NCBI RefSeq assembly: GCF_006345805.1
Contig: NC_043015.1
Coordinates: 34,968,001 to 35,032,000 of the forward strand
DNA from: Octopus sinensis
Lineage: Eukaryota
Direction of reading: 5' to 3'
DNA: 64,000 nt
The number at the start of each line of letters is the position of its first letter. Within the stretch, counting starts at the first letter, position 1. Shown piece by piece: positions 38,536 to 51,400 of this stretch. Both the position numbers and the translations under genes were made by a program. Below the pieces are notes generated by a model. It saw only the letters and a program-made list of their open reading frames with translations, did no database searches and was not told the origin of the DNA.

Positions 38536-39674
38536 ATTTAGCCATTGTGCTGCATCAAAAGAAAAAATAGAAGTGGAATGTAATTTCATAATCAAGGATT
38601 ACCTGTGTCCCTGTATTATTATCACCAGTTTTATTATGAGTCGGTATGACTTTAAAAGTTGTTAATAGCTTGGTTTTACTTTACCACCTAGAAATAAAAT
38701 AAGGCTTTTATCAAATAGAAATTGTTCCAGTCTTTGACTTCATGATTAAGAACCCCTTGCATAGAGGCTCCTTCATTCTTTTCTTTCTTTTTTTTTTGTT
38801 GGGGGTGCATTTTAACACAGAAAGGAAAATCTCTATGTTATAAATAAATTAATCTCTTTCAATATAAATTATGAGCTGTATACATTTAAAATTCTTGGCA
38901 GCCGTTAAATGATGATGATGTATATATTTCCCTATGTAGAATCCTAACAACTGAGACAAGCTAAAGTGGGAGCTTCTATGCAGTCACTCAGCCTGCTAGT
39001 AATGGCAGCTACATTTTCTCAAATCATATTCATTCATCTTAAATGTAGGACATTAGACAGTGCAGTGGTCAAGGCTGGAATACCTTTCATCATAAGCCTA
39101 ATCAATCAGGATCTAGAGCTAAGCAACAACCAACAAAGCAAGGTGGGTTTATACTGTCAATCTGCTTGAAATAGAGGCCAGATTTCCCTCAAGTCAAACC
39201 TAATTGTCCTAAAAAGGAAGAGCATTTTGGATAATAAAATTCTAAGAAGTTAAGGTTCACCTGGGATTAAACAAGAACAAATGAATTTGAGGGAGTCTCC
39301 ATGTGGTTACTTGATCTGAAAGAAATAGCAAACAAATTTCCTTTTAAATCATTCTTTACCATCTTTTCTATAATAGTTGGGTTGGACAAGTTTTTGAAAC
39401 AGCGTTTTACAAGTAGATACCCTTTATATTACTAACACTTAGTTACCTCCTATAATATGTATGTACAGGGTATACCAACTCTGAAACTAAGATATACAGG
39501 TCATAAATATACAATTCCTGAAGGAAAAAAGTATAGCATAGTCATGACTGAAATGTTTTGCTCTATCGAAATTGAAAGTGCATCTAATAAACAACGAAAA
39601 GGAATTCAAAACAGTTTGCTCAATCCATGTGCCTGGCTTTCTCATGATATTCCCAATTTCACTTTCTTATGCAG

Positions 39675-39782
39675 GTCTTGCCTTACATACTCCATCAAAC
39701 AGCAATCACTTGATTAAATTCAACACCTTCATTAAAGCATCTTATCAGCCATACTCGGAAAACATTGAAACAATTCTTCAAG
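39675..39782 (+). CDS. ATP1B: Na+/K+-ATPase beta-like, coding exon 2 (GLALHTPSNSNHLIKFNTFIKASYQPYSENIETILQ)
   Basis: TTTCTTATGCAG acceptor, AAG|GTAAGA donor, phase 1-1; resembles the beta-subunit PGL..P...LI.F....SY..Y...L..FL segment. Confidence 0.88.
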
Positions 39783-40687
39783 GTAAGAGAGCTGGAAACA
39801 AGTTGTTTTTGTGACATTTTGATGTTGTTTTAATTTCATAACATAATTGACTGTCTTGGTTTTATATCTTATTAATGATTGTAATTAATATGCTGTAAAG
39901 AGTTTTTGTGATATTTCTGCTATAATGAACAATACTTGTCCTATTCATTTGTTATTAATTAATAAGAAAAGGAGGAGTAGGGGCCCACTGAAGGCCTTTC
40001 CAGACTCCAGATGCTGCCTATATTCAGTTTGACATTCTATTAAATGGATGCTTGCAGGGGAAGTGAAGCCAAAGAGAGAATTCCAAAAAGCTGCATTTCT
40101 GGGATGATATGATTGGTAAAAGGATTTAATTAATCCGGTAGGACAAGATGGAATTAGTATCTAGCTTGCTAGTTTAACAGAGCAGAAGCTGTTGTTGCAA
40201 AGAGGAAAAAAGTGTGTCTGTAAGATAGTAGTTGTACCTTGTTGAATAAATGAATCTTTACTAATCAACTTTTTCGTGTGGTGTAAGATATTTGAGCCTG
40301 TGACAGTATCAGCACTGTGCCTGGTATATGAACTGTTATCCCAGATGGATTGAAATCAAACTTTGTAAAAGGCAAGCAACTGATTAGTTATTTTCTGGCC
40401 TTGAAAATTCTTTAGCATTAAGTTTTAAAGCAACTTCTTAGCCATAAAAAAGAACAAAAAACAAAAATAGAGGTACTTCGTATTTATATGGCATTTATGT
40501 ATTTTTTATATATTTAGTCTCATTCATATGAAATTAATTTTCACTGTGACATAAAAGCATTTAATGTTTCATACATATTTGATATAGTATAGTATAATTT
40601 CAGCATTCTGTAAGTATTAAAAAAATATTAATAATTCATTCTCACTCTTAGCAAAGAAGAGTTGACCCGTTTGTCTGGTTGATGAAT

Positions 40688-42070
40688 ATCATCGTTTAAC
40701 ATTTGCTTTCCATGCTGGCATGGGTTGGACAGTTTGACTGAGGGCTGGCGAGCCAGAAGGCTGCACCAGGCTCCAATCTGATCTGGCAAAGTTTCTACAG
40801 CTGGATGTCCTTCCTAACGCCAACCACTCTAAGAGTGTAGTGGGTGCTTTTCCGTGCCAACAGCATGAGGGCCAGTAAGGCAGTACTGGCATTGGCCACG
40901 CTCAGATGATGCTTTTTACATGCCACCTGCACAGGAGCTAGTCAGGTGGCACTGGCAACGACCATGCTCAAATTGTGCTTTTTATGTGTCACCGGCACAG
41001 GAGCCAGTCAGTGGCCCTAGCAACGATGACGCTCGAATGATGCTTTTAACATTCCAGGCAGTACTATCATCGGCCACGACAACGATTTCACTTTCCTCAA
41101 CAGGTCTTCGCAAGCATAGTTTATTGTCCAATGATTGAAGGGTACTCTTAAATGGGCTGGTTATACAGCACTGGCATAGGCCACGGTTATGGCCTCACTT
41201 AGCTTGCTGGGTTTTCTCAAGCACAGCATATCTCCAAAGGTCTTGGTCACTTATCACTGTCTCAGTGAGGCCCAATGTTCGAAGGTTGTGCTTTACTACC
41301 TCATCCCAGGTCTTCCTGGGTCTACCTCTTCCATAGGTTCCCTCAACTACTAGGGTGTGACACTTTTTCATGCAGCTGTCCTCATCCATTCACAACACAT
41401 GACCATACCAGCGCAATCATCTCTCTTGCACACCACATCTGATGCTTCTCATGTCCAACTTTTCTCTGAAGGGATTTGTTTGCCTTCCTACTTATTAAGA
41501 CTTTGGTTTTTACTAGTTTGACTCTACGGCCCTTCAATTCTAGACCTTGCTTCTACATCTGAAACTTCTCTAGTTCTGATAGTGACTCAGCAATTAGAAC
41601 AAGGTCATCAGCATAGAGGAACTCCCAGGGGCATCCCCTCTTCAATTCATCTGTTATTGCCTGGAGGACTATGATGAATAATAGGGGGCTCAGGATAGAT
41701 CCTTGGTGGACCCCTACCCCAACCCGGAATTCTTCACTGTACTTGTTGCCAACCCTCACCTTACTGACCGCATCTCTGTACATGGCTTGTACAGCTCTCA
41801 CTAACCATTCATCTATCCCTAGTTTCCTCATTGACCACCAGATAAGGGATCAGGAAACCCTGTCAAAGGCTTTCTCCATGTCAACAAAAGGTACAGAGGT
41901 TTATCTTTTGCTAGGTATTTCTCCTGTTGCTGTCTCAACCAGAAATATAGCATCAATGGAGCTTTTCCTTGGCACAAACCCAAAGTCTAAATGAAATGCA
42001 TAATGGAGAGGGTCATAGCCCAACCATGATCCTCTCCGTTACGTTCATTACCTGATCCAACAACTTGATA
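40688..42070 (-). mobile_element. Decayed, internally deleted RTE LINE with 3' UTR
   Basis: MRKLGIDEWLVRAVQAM...GVHQGSILSPLLF...FLYADDL; 3' UTR and CATCGTTTAAC tail. Confidence 0.9.
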
Positions 42071-43019
42071 AAGGCTACACCAAGGACACTATTAATTTGT
42101 ATAATTTGAAGATGATTATTTCCTCAATTTGAAAGCAAATATGGTTAATTATTCATTTAACCCAATTAGACAAGACTTCAACCAATTCAATGCCCATTCA
42201 ACTTTCCTGAAATATTCATCCATATTTCGCAAAAGAGGTATCAAAATGTTTTTGGATGCTCTCCAAGAAAGTATACTAAAGAAATTACATTTAAATATTT
42301 TCAAAAATTCATAGTGATACTTATTCTTAGCAACGTTTTTCTGATTAGATCCTGTGAAATTCTAGGAAATTTATTTTGCATCAACTTAACTGGATCTAAG
42401 CACCAATCCTCAGAAAACTCTTGGTATTTACTATTACTAGCTTACTGCATTTAAGTTCATCATTCTATATTGTATTAGTTTTTGTTTTGTCTTATAACAT
42501 TTGATACTCAATTTGCATCTCATTTTCTTTTTATTTCATACCATCACTAAATCTTTAATTTATCAGTTTTTCTCTTATTAAATATGATTATGTATCATAG
42601 AACTGGATGATATTATGGGGCACCTAATGTAATATTTTCTTCTTTGTATTCTGAGTTCAAATACCACCTGGGGTAAATTCAGTGTTGGCAAGCTGGTGAA
42701 GAAGCCTCGACCTGTCAAAAATTGGAAACAAATTCCCTCATGTTACACCTGTCATTTTAAGAAAAGGAAAATATGTTACATAATGTAATGTTAGATATTC
42801 AAAGAGATAAGATAGATTGTCACAGGAAGACTGCTTTTGATCTAGGTTTGCTTAACCAGAGCTAAGTAAAAACAACTTCAGCATTGATAAGATCAACATA
42901 AAATCACAAATTTCGTGAACAGTATATTGTTACTGAAATTTGAGACTCTGTGTCAATAAAAAAAAAAAAACATTTTGATATAGCAAGTTCATTTACAAAT
43001 TCATGGTTTTTCTCTCCAG

Positions 43020-43192
43020 AATACTGGCATGAGTATGTCAACAACTCACATTTAGAAGATTGTTCAGTGTCTGGACTACACTCAAAGAAAGAAAATTGTA
43101 TTTATTGGCAGCAAGACCTTGGTAGCTGTATTCACCTACAGAATTATGGTTATGCAGAAGGTAGACCCTGCATTCTTTTGTCACTTGAACTG
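43020..43192 (+). CDS. ATP1B: Na+/K+-ATPase beta-like, coding exon 3 (disulfides 1 and 2)
   Basis: TTTTTCTCTCCAG acceptor, CTG|GTAATG donor; DCSVSGLHSKKENCIYWQQDLGSCIHLQNYGYAEGRPCILL matches LGxC...YGYxxGxPC. Confidence 0.92.
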
Positions 43193-43589
43193 GTAATGTA
43201 TATATATATATATATACACACACACATGTATATATATATGTAAATATTTGTTAATGATTTGTTATTCTTTATTAAAACGTAAACTATGCAAAGTAATAAC
43301 ACATTCACTGTGCTGTTAATTTCCCAGTGAACATTTCATCTTAGAATGATTTTGTAATGTCTGTGTAGAATTTGAGATCAGCACTGCAAGTGAAGGTAAA
43401 AAATGTTAATCCTAGCTGTATTCAGATGACAGAAATATTTGGAATAGAATTATATCCTTTTGGCTTACTCTAGGTTTTGAATTTGAATTGTGTGTGAATA
43501 TCTTAATTCATTTGTTCACTATTATTTACTTATGGATATCAAATTATCAATAATGAAAACTTTTTGTCAATATACTTAAATATGTTTTT

Positions 43590-43752
43590 CTTACCTAGAT
43601 CACCTTCCCATTATCATGGAGGCCATCCAAGTGGCCTTTTCATACTAATCAGCCTTGGGTACCACTCAGCAACTGCACAGGTCCACCTGTTTGTGAATTT
43701 TGCAACATGTTTGGACTTGGGCTTTTCGTATTCTCTCATCACATTCACTCTG
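43590..43752 (-). mobile_element. RT C-terminal fragment of a different RTE/BovB-like LINE
   Basis: Manual translation ...AKFTNRWTCAVAEWYPRLISMKRPLGWPP**W resembles the RW...EW.PR...R..GRP..RW motif. Confidence 0.55.
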
Positions 43753-43944
43753 CTCTCTTCTCAGATTATCTCATTTTGGATTTGCTCTCTTCTCAGATTA
43801 TCTCATTTTGGATTTGCTCTCTTCTCAGATTATCTCATTTGGGATTTGCTCTCTTCTCAGATTATCTCATTTTGGATTTCCTCTCTTCTCAGATTATCTC
43901 ATTTTGGATTTGCTCTCTTCTCAGATTATCTCATTTGGGATTTG
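43753..43944. repeat. 32-bp minisatellite x6
   Basis: CTCTCTTCTCAGATTATCTCATTT(T/G)GGATTTG at 43753, 43785, 43817, 43849, 43881 and 43913. Confidence 0.95.
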
Positions 43945-44199
43945 CTCTCAAAATAATATTCCTAGCATGAATCTTTCCATGGCCCTTTGTAGCCAATCAA
44001 TGTTCTATCTAGTTTCCTTCAATGAATTCCTTCTTGAATTTTCAAAGCCAACACCCATGTTCTAATTTAAGTTCTTTGAAGAATAATTGCTGTCAAGCTA
44101 CCTCATTCCAACATTGTTGGAACCATTCCATCATCACTAAATCGTGTTCAGAACTTTTTATTACATTTCATTGCTTTTCTAATAGCCATTTTTTCATCA

Positions 44200-46915
44200 T
44201 CATTATTCAATGTCTGTCCTCCATGCTGGCATGGGTTGGATGGTTTGACTGAGGACTGGCAAGCCAGGAAGCTGCTCCAAGCTCCAATTTGATCTGGCAA
44301 GGTTTCAACAGCTGGATGCCCTTCCTAATGCCAACCACTCCGAGAGTGTAGCGCTGATTTTAATGTGCCACTGGCACAGGGATCAGTCAGGCGGCACTGG
44401 CATCGACCATGACTGAAAGGCACCTTTCATATGCCACCGGCATGGGAGCCAGTCAGGTGGCATTGGCATCAACCATGCCCAAAAGGTGCTTATTATGTGC
44501 CATTGGCATGGAGCCAGTCCAGTAGTACTGGCATCAGCCACGCTCGAATGGTGCTTTTTACATGCCACCAGCGTGGGTGCTAGTCAAGCGGTACTGGGAT
44601 TGGCCATGACAATGATTTCACTTGACTCAACCAATCTTCTCAAGCACAGCATATTGCCCGATGATTAAAGGGTACTCTTAAATGGGCCAGTTATACAACT
44701 CTAGTATAGGCCACGGCTATGATCTTGCTGGGTCTTCCCAAGCACAGCATATCTCCAAAGGTCTCAGTCCATCCAGGGTGTACCTCTTCCACAGGTTCCC
44801 TCCACTGTTAGAGTGTGACACTTCTTTACACAGCTGTCCTCATCCATACACAACACATGACCATCCAGGGCAGCTGTCTCTCTTGCACACCACATCTGAT
44901 GCTTCTCATGTTCAACTTTTCTCTCAGAGTGCTTACATCGGTCGTGTATGCACACTGACATTACACATCCAGCAGAGCATACTAGCTTTCAAGCCTACGC
45001 ATGTCCTCAGCAGTCACAGCCCATGTTTCACTGCTGTGTAGCATGGCTGTTCACACACATGTGTCATATAGTCTACCTTTCACTCTGAGAGGCCCTTTGT
45101 TACCAGCAGAGGTAGGAGCTTTCTGAGCTTAGCCCAGGCTATTCTTATTCTAGCAGCTATGCTCTCAGAGCATCCACCCCTGCTACAGACTTGGTCACCT
45201 AGGTAATCGAAGCTATCAACTACTTGTAGTTTCATCCCCTGTCATGTGATGGAAGCTGTTCTCTGCACATTTTTGGTGTTTATTGCACCTGTGCATCTGC
45301 CACACACAAAAACTATCTTCCCAGTTAACTTTCCTTTGATATTGCTGTACTTCTTAAATGTTGATAGCTTATACTGGGTACCTCCTATGGTGTTTCTACC
45401 TATACCTTGTCTACAATTCGAGCAGGGCTAACAACCTGAAGGCATTTGTGATTTGTCTGCCTTCCTACTTCCTAAGAACTTTGGTTTTTGCTAAGTTAAC
45501 TCTAAGGTCCTTCGATTCTAGACCTTGCTTCCACACCTGAAACTTCTTCTCTCGTTCTGGTATTGACTCAGCTATTAGAGCAAGGTCATCAGCATAGAGG
45601 AGCTTCCTGGGGCAGTCTGTCTTGAATTCCTCTGTTATTGCCTGGAGGACTATGATGAATAAGAGGGGGCTGAGGACTGATCTTTGATGGACCCCTACTC
45701 CTACCTGGAATTCTTCATTATACTCGTTGCCAACCCTCACCTTACTGACAGCATCCCTGTACATGGCTTGTACAGCAGTCACTAACCACTCATCTATCTC
45801 TAGTTTCCTCATTGACCACCAGATAAGGGATTGAGGAACCTTGTCAAAGGCTTTCTCCATGTCAGCAAAAGCCAAGTACAGAGGTTTATCTTTGGATAGA
45901 TATTTCTCCTGCAGCTGTCTTACCAGGAATATAGCATTGGTGGTGCTTCTCCTTGGCACAAACCCAAACTGTATCTCACCTAAACTAACTCTCTTCCTAA
46001 TTAGTTGGGCTATGACCCCTTCTTTAATTTTCATCACCTGATCCAGCAATCTGATGCCTCTATAATCATTCTTTACCTTTGTAACAGTTGACTATGGTGC
46101 TGCTACACCAGCCATTGGGTATAACTCCTTCATGTATCACATGGTTGACTATACAGGTGACTAGGCTATAGCTGACACTGCCAGATATTTTGAGCATCTC
46201 TGCAGTAATTCATGATGGGCCGGGGGCTTTCCCTGTCTTCATACCCTTAATTGCTTTATCTAACAAGATACTGTCAATTCAGATAGCTCATCCCTCTGTT
46301 GGGTTGACATTTGGCAGACTCTCTTTCTCCCATTCATTTTCTTCATTTACCAACCTTTCATAGAGGTATCTCCAAGTCTTTCTCTTTGCAGCCCCATTGA
46401 ATGCAAGTGAGCCATTATTCATGCAGACACATTTCTCTCCTATGACATCACAATTCTTTCTCACGTACTGTCTTGCAATACGAAACACTTCAAGTCTTTA
46501 GTCCTCATGACACAGAACATTGGCAAATTTTTCTTATCTGCTTCCCCTCTGGTTAAGTAAACCTGTCTCCTAGCTTCCCTTCTAGTGATCTGATACAGTT
46601 CCTTGCTACGTCCACTCTTCCAGTCCTTCCAAGCCTGTTTCTTTTCCCTCATGGCCCTGTCAACTATATTGTTTTACCACCACGTTACCTTAGGTTGAGA
46701 GAGAACTTTGCACCATATGCAGTAGCCCTGTGGCTGGTCAGTAGCTCTCAACAGGTTGTCCCATAGGAAGCTCCAGTTGTCAAAAGCTTCGAGTAATACG
46801 TCTCTAAATCTCTGTCCATTCACAGGATCCTGAAGTCATTAACTACTAATCTCTGTTGTGGGGTGCATTCTTCACCTGGGAAGGTTTTGGCATTTATAAG
46901 TAGTCATCTTTCTGA
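44200..46915 (-). mobile_element. Decayed RTE LINE (late endonuclease region to 3' tail)
   Basis: 194-aa RT fragment with DMEKAFDKVP, GVHQRSVLSPLLF and LLYADDL; 3' UTR and tail at ~44200. Confidence 0.92.
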
Positions 46916-46999
46916 CTTCCTGGATCATCTGTTGCTGGTAATTCAGTAACTCTACACTCTGTGGCAACTAACCAGACATGCACAATTAATTAAAACTGA

Positions 47000-47438
47000 G
47001 CTGAATATGCCAAACAACATGGCAGTGATAGTATGGTCCTCTACCAATCAAAAACCTTTTTTGCAAACTGAACAAATAGAAAGCAACATTAAAGAGAATG
47101 AATAAAAGAACAAAGACTTCATCATACAGAAGCAAAAATTTGCCCAACTAGAGGAAGCTATAAAATTATGGAGACATAATCAACATAATCTTAATGATGG
47201 TGGTAATGTGTGCAACAATGAGATTGGCAGAAAAGGGAAACTTACCAGCAGATGAGCTGGGTTTTCGTTTTGGTGCTACCCTTTAATGAAGATGTATAAC
47301 CAGGATTGCACACAAGATGCCTGATGAGTATAAAGAAAAATTTTAGAGTTTCACAGATACATGACCATTGTCTGAAAAAAAAAAAGAAGAAATAGTACAA
47401 ATAGGCAATATAGATGAAGTGTCATTAAAGAAAATTAT
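47000..47438 (+). mobile_element. pogo/POGK-like transposase remnant
   Basis: TRIAHKMPDEYKEKILEFHRYM...QIGNIDEVSL; apparently resumes as KGEKIVL after the MITE at 48571. Confidence 0.55.
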
Positions 47439-47442
47439 TTAA

Positions 47443-48566
47443 CCTTTTCGTTACTGTATTTCTGTTGAGATGCTCCGTATTTCTTTCAATTACTTTAAAT
47501 ATAACAGAGAATTTAGTAAAATAACTTAGTTATAATAATAATGAAATTATTGTATACAGTGCTCAGGTGCACCACAACTTGTCAGAAAGTGCATATAAAG
47601 TATATGCAGTAATGTATAAATGTCTGGGAAGTGAACAGTGTATGAGTCAGATATATGCTTGCATGTATATGGAGGGGAGAAAATCAGGTGTAGTGTTGGC
47701 GAATCTCAGGAAGCATGGAAGTTTTGAAGGATGCAGTGCTCCGACAACTAACAACTGATGCCAGCAGTTTGTTCCATGCTTCAGCAACTCTGAGCATGAA
47801 AAAATGTTTCCGAAAGTCATGGGAGCTGTGTTGTTTTCTGACTTTGTAAACATGTCTGTGGGTGTTAGACAGGTGGAGTTTGAAAAGGTGCTCAGAGTTA
47901 TTGTTTGTAAGATGGTTAATAATTTTATGGGTGTCTGCCAAGCCAGCTGCCAGATGTCGGAGTTTCAATGTGTCCATGCCCAGGGAATTAAGGTGTTCAG
48001 AATATGGCAAATGCCTGATGGAGGGTATTCTCTTGGTTGCACGTTGCTGAATGGCTTCCAGACAATTAATATCCTGGGCAAGATAGGGGTTCCAGACTGG
48101 TGATGCAAATTCCAGGTGAGGTCGTACCATAGCTATATAAAGCCACAGGTAGATAGCTGGAGAGCGGCTCACAAAGGACTTGGTGAGTGATGCCAAGACA
48201 CTCTCAGCCTTCTTGGCAATTTTAGCAATGTGTTTTGTCCAACGCAAATTGCTGTCGACAATAATGCCCAGGTCACGTTCACAAGAAGACTTTTTGAGAT
48301 TAGTGTTATCGAGGGAGTAAGTAGACACTGGGTTTTTCCTCCCAAAATGCATGGTGGTACGTTTGTCCACAACCAGCTAGAGTTGCCAGTCCATGATCCA
48401 CTGCTGCATTGTGTCCAGGTCTGATTGCAATAGAGATCATTAAGCTAGTGTTAGGAACATAAATTGTGACTAAGGTTTGATGGAAGATTTTAATTCAAAA
48501 CTTATGAAAATAAGACATTTGTACTCAGAGCCAGAGCTGGTTTCAGCTGGGTTAGTAACAAAAGGG
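47443..48566. mobile_element. piggyBac-type MITE (TTAA target) split by a CR1 insertion
   Basis: TTAA|CCTTTTCGTTAC ... GTAACAAAAGGG|TTAA; TIRs match at 10 of 12 positions; TTAA at 47439-47442 and 48567-48570. Confidence 0.8.
47534..48437 (-). mobile_element. 5'-truncated CR1/L2-type LINE with (ATT)n tail
   Basis: 228-aa ORF CERDLGIIVDSNL...MVRPHLEFASPVWNP...FFMLRVAEAWNKL; closely similar to 61995-63250. Confidence 0.92.
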
Positions 48567-48732
48567 TTAAAGGTGAAAAGATAGTTCTTACTTTGTCTTT
48601 AAATCTGTGTATGTGTGTGTCAAAGAAGGAATCTTGAAATGAGCTTAGGGCTTTGTATTGTACTATATCAAAAAGTTTATTCTTTCTGTTACCATTTTAT
48701 TGCAAATAATGAACTTTATTATCTTCTTTCAG

Positions 48733-48840
48733 CCTGAAAATACATTACCTTTCCCTTACAAGAAAAGCAACCCTGTTGTTAAAAAATACTTAACTGGCAT
48801 ATGGTCTAAAGATCATGTTCCAGTTACCTGCACTGGAGAG
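48733..48840 (+). CDS. ATP1B: Na+/K+-ATPase beta-like, coding exon 4 (PENTLPFPYKKSNPVVKKYLTGIWSKDHVPVTCTGE)
   Basis: CTTCTTTCAG acceptor, GAG|GTATTT donor, phase 0-0; VTCTGE corresponds to the conserved VxCxGE. Confidence 0.88.
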
Positions 48841-49528
48841 GTATTTTCTACAAATTTTATATCATTATTTATAGGTATGATTTGACCATGGATGCATGTA
48901 GTTGCCATCTCTGATGTTAGAAATATTGAAAGTAATCATCATTATTACTGGTTTAGTTTTTGTTTTACTATGCTGGCAACAATGGGATTTATCTGTAGGA
49001 CAAACCTAAAACCTAACTGTACATCAAGGCATTAGTACAAAGAAATTGTGTTAATTCTAATTATATTTGTGGTTGAAATGGTAGAGTGCTGTATAATGTA
49101 GAGAATTCCTAAATTTTTTATATGAAGCAGAGTATTTCAGTGAGCCTAAAGGAGCATTTTCACTAAAAGTTTATCTAGAAAGGTTTTACCCGTTTCTTTA
49201 TAAAATATTTACTTAACTTGCAACATAAACATTACAAGTTCATTAAAAAAGATATCTTATAAAAAAAAATACCTGCTATAGAAACAGGAACAAAAATTAT
49301 GCCCTATTTTAGAAACTTTTTCATAAAATTTCTCTACAGAACAATGTGAATTATAATGAAGTTGCCAACTGGAATTCTATATATATTCTTCATACAAAAG
49401 AATTTATTACAACTTAGAAAATATGAGCACATTAGATATTTAAAGAATGCTAAGTTTATTTTAAATTTTATCTATTATCGTCATCAAATTATAGGTTATT
49501 ATAAGAAACTATTTTCATTTTTTTACAG

Positions 49529-49789
49529 ACAGAAGCAGACACAAGATATTTAATCACACAGGACCCCATTTTCAATAATTCTATCACTTATTCACCATTA
49601 AAAGGGTACTCTTTAGATTTCTTCCCACAATTGAGGAGTCCTCACTATCGAGCCCCATTGCTTATGGTGCAGTTTAATACCTTACAACCTGGATTAACAG
49701 TTCATGTTCGATGTAGAGTTTGGGCAATATACAAGAATGCTACAAAAGCAATCAAATCGGTGGTCAAATTTCGACTACATATGAACTAA
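49529..49789 (+). CDS. ATP1B: Na+/K+-ATPase beta-like, terminal exon
   Basis: TTTTTTTACAG acceptor; ...ITYSPLKGYSLDFFPQLRSPHYRAPLLMVQFNTLQPGLTVHVRCRVWAIY...VKFRLHMN*, matching Y.P..G.....FP....Y..PL..VQF......C..WA. The five exons sum to 903 nt = 300 aa plus stop. Confidence 0.92.
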   Translation, partial: TEADTRYLITQDPIFNNSITYSPLKGYSLDFFPQLRSPHYRAPLLMVQFNTLQPGLTVHVRCRVWAIYKNATKAIKSVVKFRLHMN

Positions 49790-50295
49790 CTCATGAAATA
49801 TTCATAAGTAGCCACATTAATAAAGATTGATACTCATTATTTTCACAGTGTAGTCAAGTAGTTTCAAATGGTTTAAAACAGGTATATACAACACTGGGCT
49901 TTAGTTTATGTAGTTTAATGTTAAAAGAGATTGAAAAATATTAAGTTTTAAGGTCAGTAAGTTTGTAGAAATTGTGAAGTACCAAATTAACAGCTTTCTA
50001 GATTTTTAATTCAAACTGAAAAAAAACCAACAAGAAAAAACCAAAGAAAACTAGCATTTCTAAGTATAAATTTAACTTTGTTTAAATATGCTGTAGTTGT
50101 AGATGATACTGGTATTAAAGCAGAAATAGAGATGACCTTTTCAGGTTTGTTTTCCATCTGCTTTGTTGCTTCAGTTAGAAAACTGTTGAAACACAAGCTT
50201 TGTAGTCAATGTCTCAGAGAAAAAAATTATATATTAAAGAGATTAATGAACATAATTTTTCCAGTTTGAATTTCTTATTAATGTGCTCATTCTAG

Positions 50296-50301
50296 AATAA
50301 A
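50296..50301 (+). promoter_or_regulatory. Candidate polyadenylation signal of the ATP1B-like gene
   Basis: AATAAA about 500 nt downstream of the stop at 49789. Confidence 0.35.
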
Positions 50302-50452
50302 ACTACAGTTTCATCTAAAATCTCTTTGAAAATAATATACTTCATTAGATTAAGACAATAGGGATGTGGCTAGATCCCCATCTAACTGACAAATTTTGAA
50401 ACTACATCTGCAAAAAATGAGAGTAAAAAAACTAATCAATTAAAATTTGAAT

Positions 50453-50567
50453 CTCAGAATTCTATGCCCCATCTGAGGACCTCAGAATTCTATGCTCCAT
50501 CATCTGAGGAGCTCAGAATTCTATGCCCCATCTGAGGAGCTCAGAATTCTATGCCGCATCTCAGGAG
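50453..50567. repeat. 28-bp minisatellite x4
   Basis: CTCAGAATTCTATGCCCCATCTGAGGA(G/C); one unit has a 3-nt insertion. Confidence 0.9.
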
Positions 50568-50914
50568 CTCAACCTTGTTAAATTGATAGGCTGTAGAAAC
50601 TGTTTCAATGTACATTTTGAGAAGAAGCATTTAATCCTATCACTAAATGGAAAATTCCAAAAGTTTGCACTTCCATGCTAATTGGCATCTGGAAAGGTCA
50701 AAAACAGACCCCAGTTAACAAGAATTTGTAAACGTTTGTAATTTTTCAGATCGTAATAGATTTAAAATGCTACTTTTCAAAGCTTATATTGAAACAGTTC
50801 ACTTCAGTAGTTGTAAGACCTGGACAAGAAACAGAAACATTATTAGAAGACATAAATGACAGGCATCACTCCGTTCCACAACCTGCTGTTGGTGCTTATT
50901 TCCTACAATATATA

Positions 50915-51400
50915 TTTATATATGTTTGGCAGCTGATAAACGATGGGATTCCATACACAATATCATGGAGAATCCTAGAAAATCCAGGCCCCTACATTAA
51001 TGGGACCAATTGCTGTTAATTATGCATAGTGGAATGGGTAAGGATCCTAAAGGACTCCCTCAACCGAGGGAACATCCTGAACTCCAGAACAGAGGTCTTT
51101 GAACAGTGCTTACATTTTAGGAAATTCCTGCTAACCTATTGGAACCCACAGGGCAACAGGATCACTGGCAATCAATAAGCCAAAGGAATACAATTCCCTT
51201 TGTTGACATTGGCGATTAATAGCCAAGGGGAGACAATCTCCTTTGTTGCCATTGAGTAATGGGGTCCTTTCCTCTAACATACTGACAGGTCTTTAGCCAA
51301 CAGGTTTTGGGATCTGATGGTACGCTATAAGTATAAGCCCTTTATGGACGTGAAACCTATGCTAATCCCATAAACCGTCCTTAGCTAACTTTAATATATA
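50915..51400 (+). mobile_element. Decayed Penelope-like 3' fragment with a degenerate hammerhead (51308-51370)
   Basis: YVWQLINDGIPYTISWRIL...CC*LCIVE...LNSRTEVFEQCLH (GIY-YIG C-terminus); then UGGGAU-CUGAUGG...CUUUAUGGACGU-GAAA-CCUAUG-CUA-AUCCCA, homologous to 22794-22856. Confidence 0.75.

Noticed and set aside
50470-50560. Repeated CUGAGGA matching the hammerhead core
   Set aside because: No downstream GAAA, no stem III and no cleavage triplet in a consistent arrangement.
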